A stretch of 63,003 nucleotides of DNA, counting the filler, from Folioceros fuciformis (Eukaryota), in NCBI GenBank assembly GCA_049999805.1. It is 3 parts of 3 records of this genome, joined end to end, with 100 filler letters (N's around TTAATTAATTAA, not from the genome) between each part and the next. Parts side by side here need not be neighbours in the genome. Positions count along the whole stretch, not along the records: positions 51,249 to 63,003 come from JBNGIO010003105.1; 2 more parts are not named here. One strand, 5' to 3'. The position numbers were made by a program, and so were the translations under genes. Positions 62,663-63,003 of this stretch are shown one piece after another (within the stretch, counting starts at the first letter, position 1; every line of letters starts with the position of its first letter). Under the pieces are notes generated by a model. It ran no database searches. It was not told the DNA's origin and saw nothing but the letters and a program-made list of their open reading frames with translations.

Positions 62663-63003
62663 CATGCTTTGGTGTAGATTGCATTCATAAGAATGCACAT
62701 TGAATTCTACACATTTTGATGTGCAAATGGATGAATTTGGTTGTTGTATTTTGTTGTTTTTTTTTAAGAATTGTTTTTTAAACATATCAAGAAAATACTT
62801 TATAGTTTTTCTTTGGATCTTATTTTGAAAATTTGCATTTCTAGGAATTTGTTCGAGAGCATCTATTGACAGATTGCATCTTTGCATTCTGACAATAGGC
62901 ACGCTAGAACAAAAAAAGAATTGGCAAAAATTCTATTATAGAATCTTATACAAAAATTTTCAAATGTTTCTTGATACACAATAAAATACAAAATTGGCCA
63001 AAT

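Overview
Intron-rich land-plant nuclear DNA. A hornwort, or another U-to-C-editing seed-free plant, is inferred from a PPR editing factor ending in a GRP-type DYW:KP domain. Two 100-bp assembly gaps (19561-19660, 51149-51248) split the window. Recognisable genes are a secreted SMP-30/gluconolactonase, a plastid-type alpha-amylase, a YODA-like MAPKKK, an NPU homologue, an intronless SRA/YDG protein without a SET domain and a BAHD acyltransferase. A head-to-head pair of unrecognised coiled-coil genes lies at 6.8-11.2 kb. The most notable region is a PPR cluster at 21-30 kb. It holds an intact PLS-E1-E2-DYW:KP(GRP) candidate U-to-C editor with an N-terminal OSB-type 'PDF' motif, a KP-type pseudogene and an isolated PDF-motif remnant. 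The rest is repeat-rich: many unrelated minisatellites, a DDD-type transposase whose catalytic half is inverted, and a nest of rearranged Ty1/copia elements with four tRNA-Met primer-binding sites. All exon coordinates were read by eye from GT-AG sites and frame continuity; no database searches were run.
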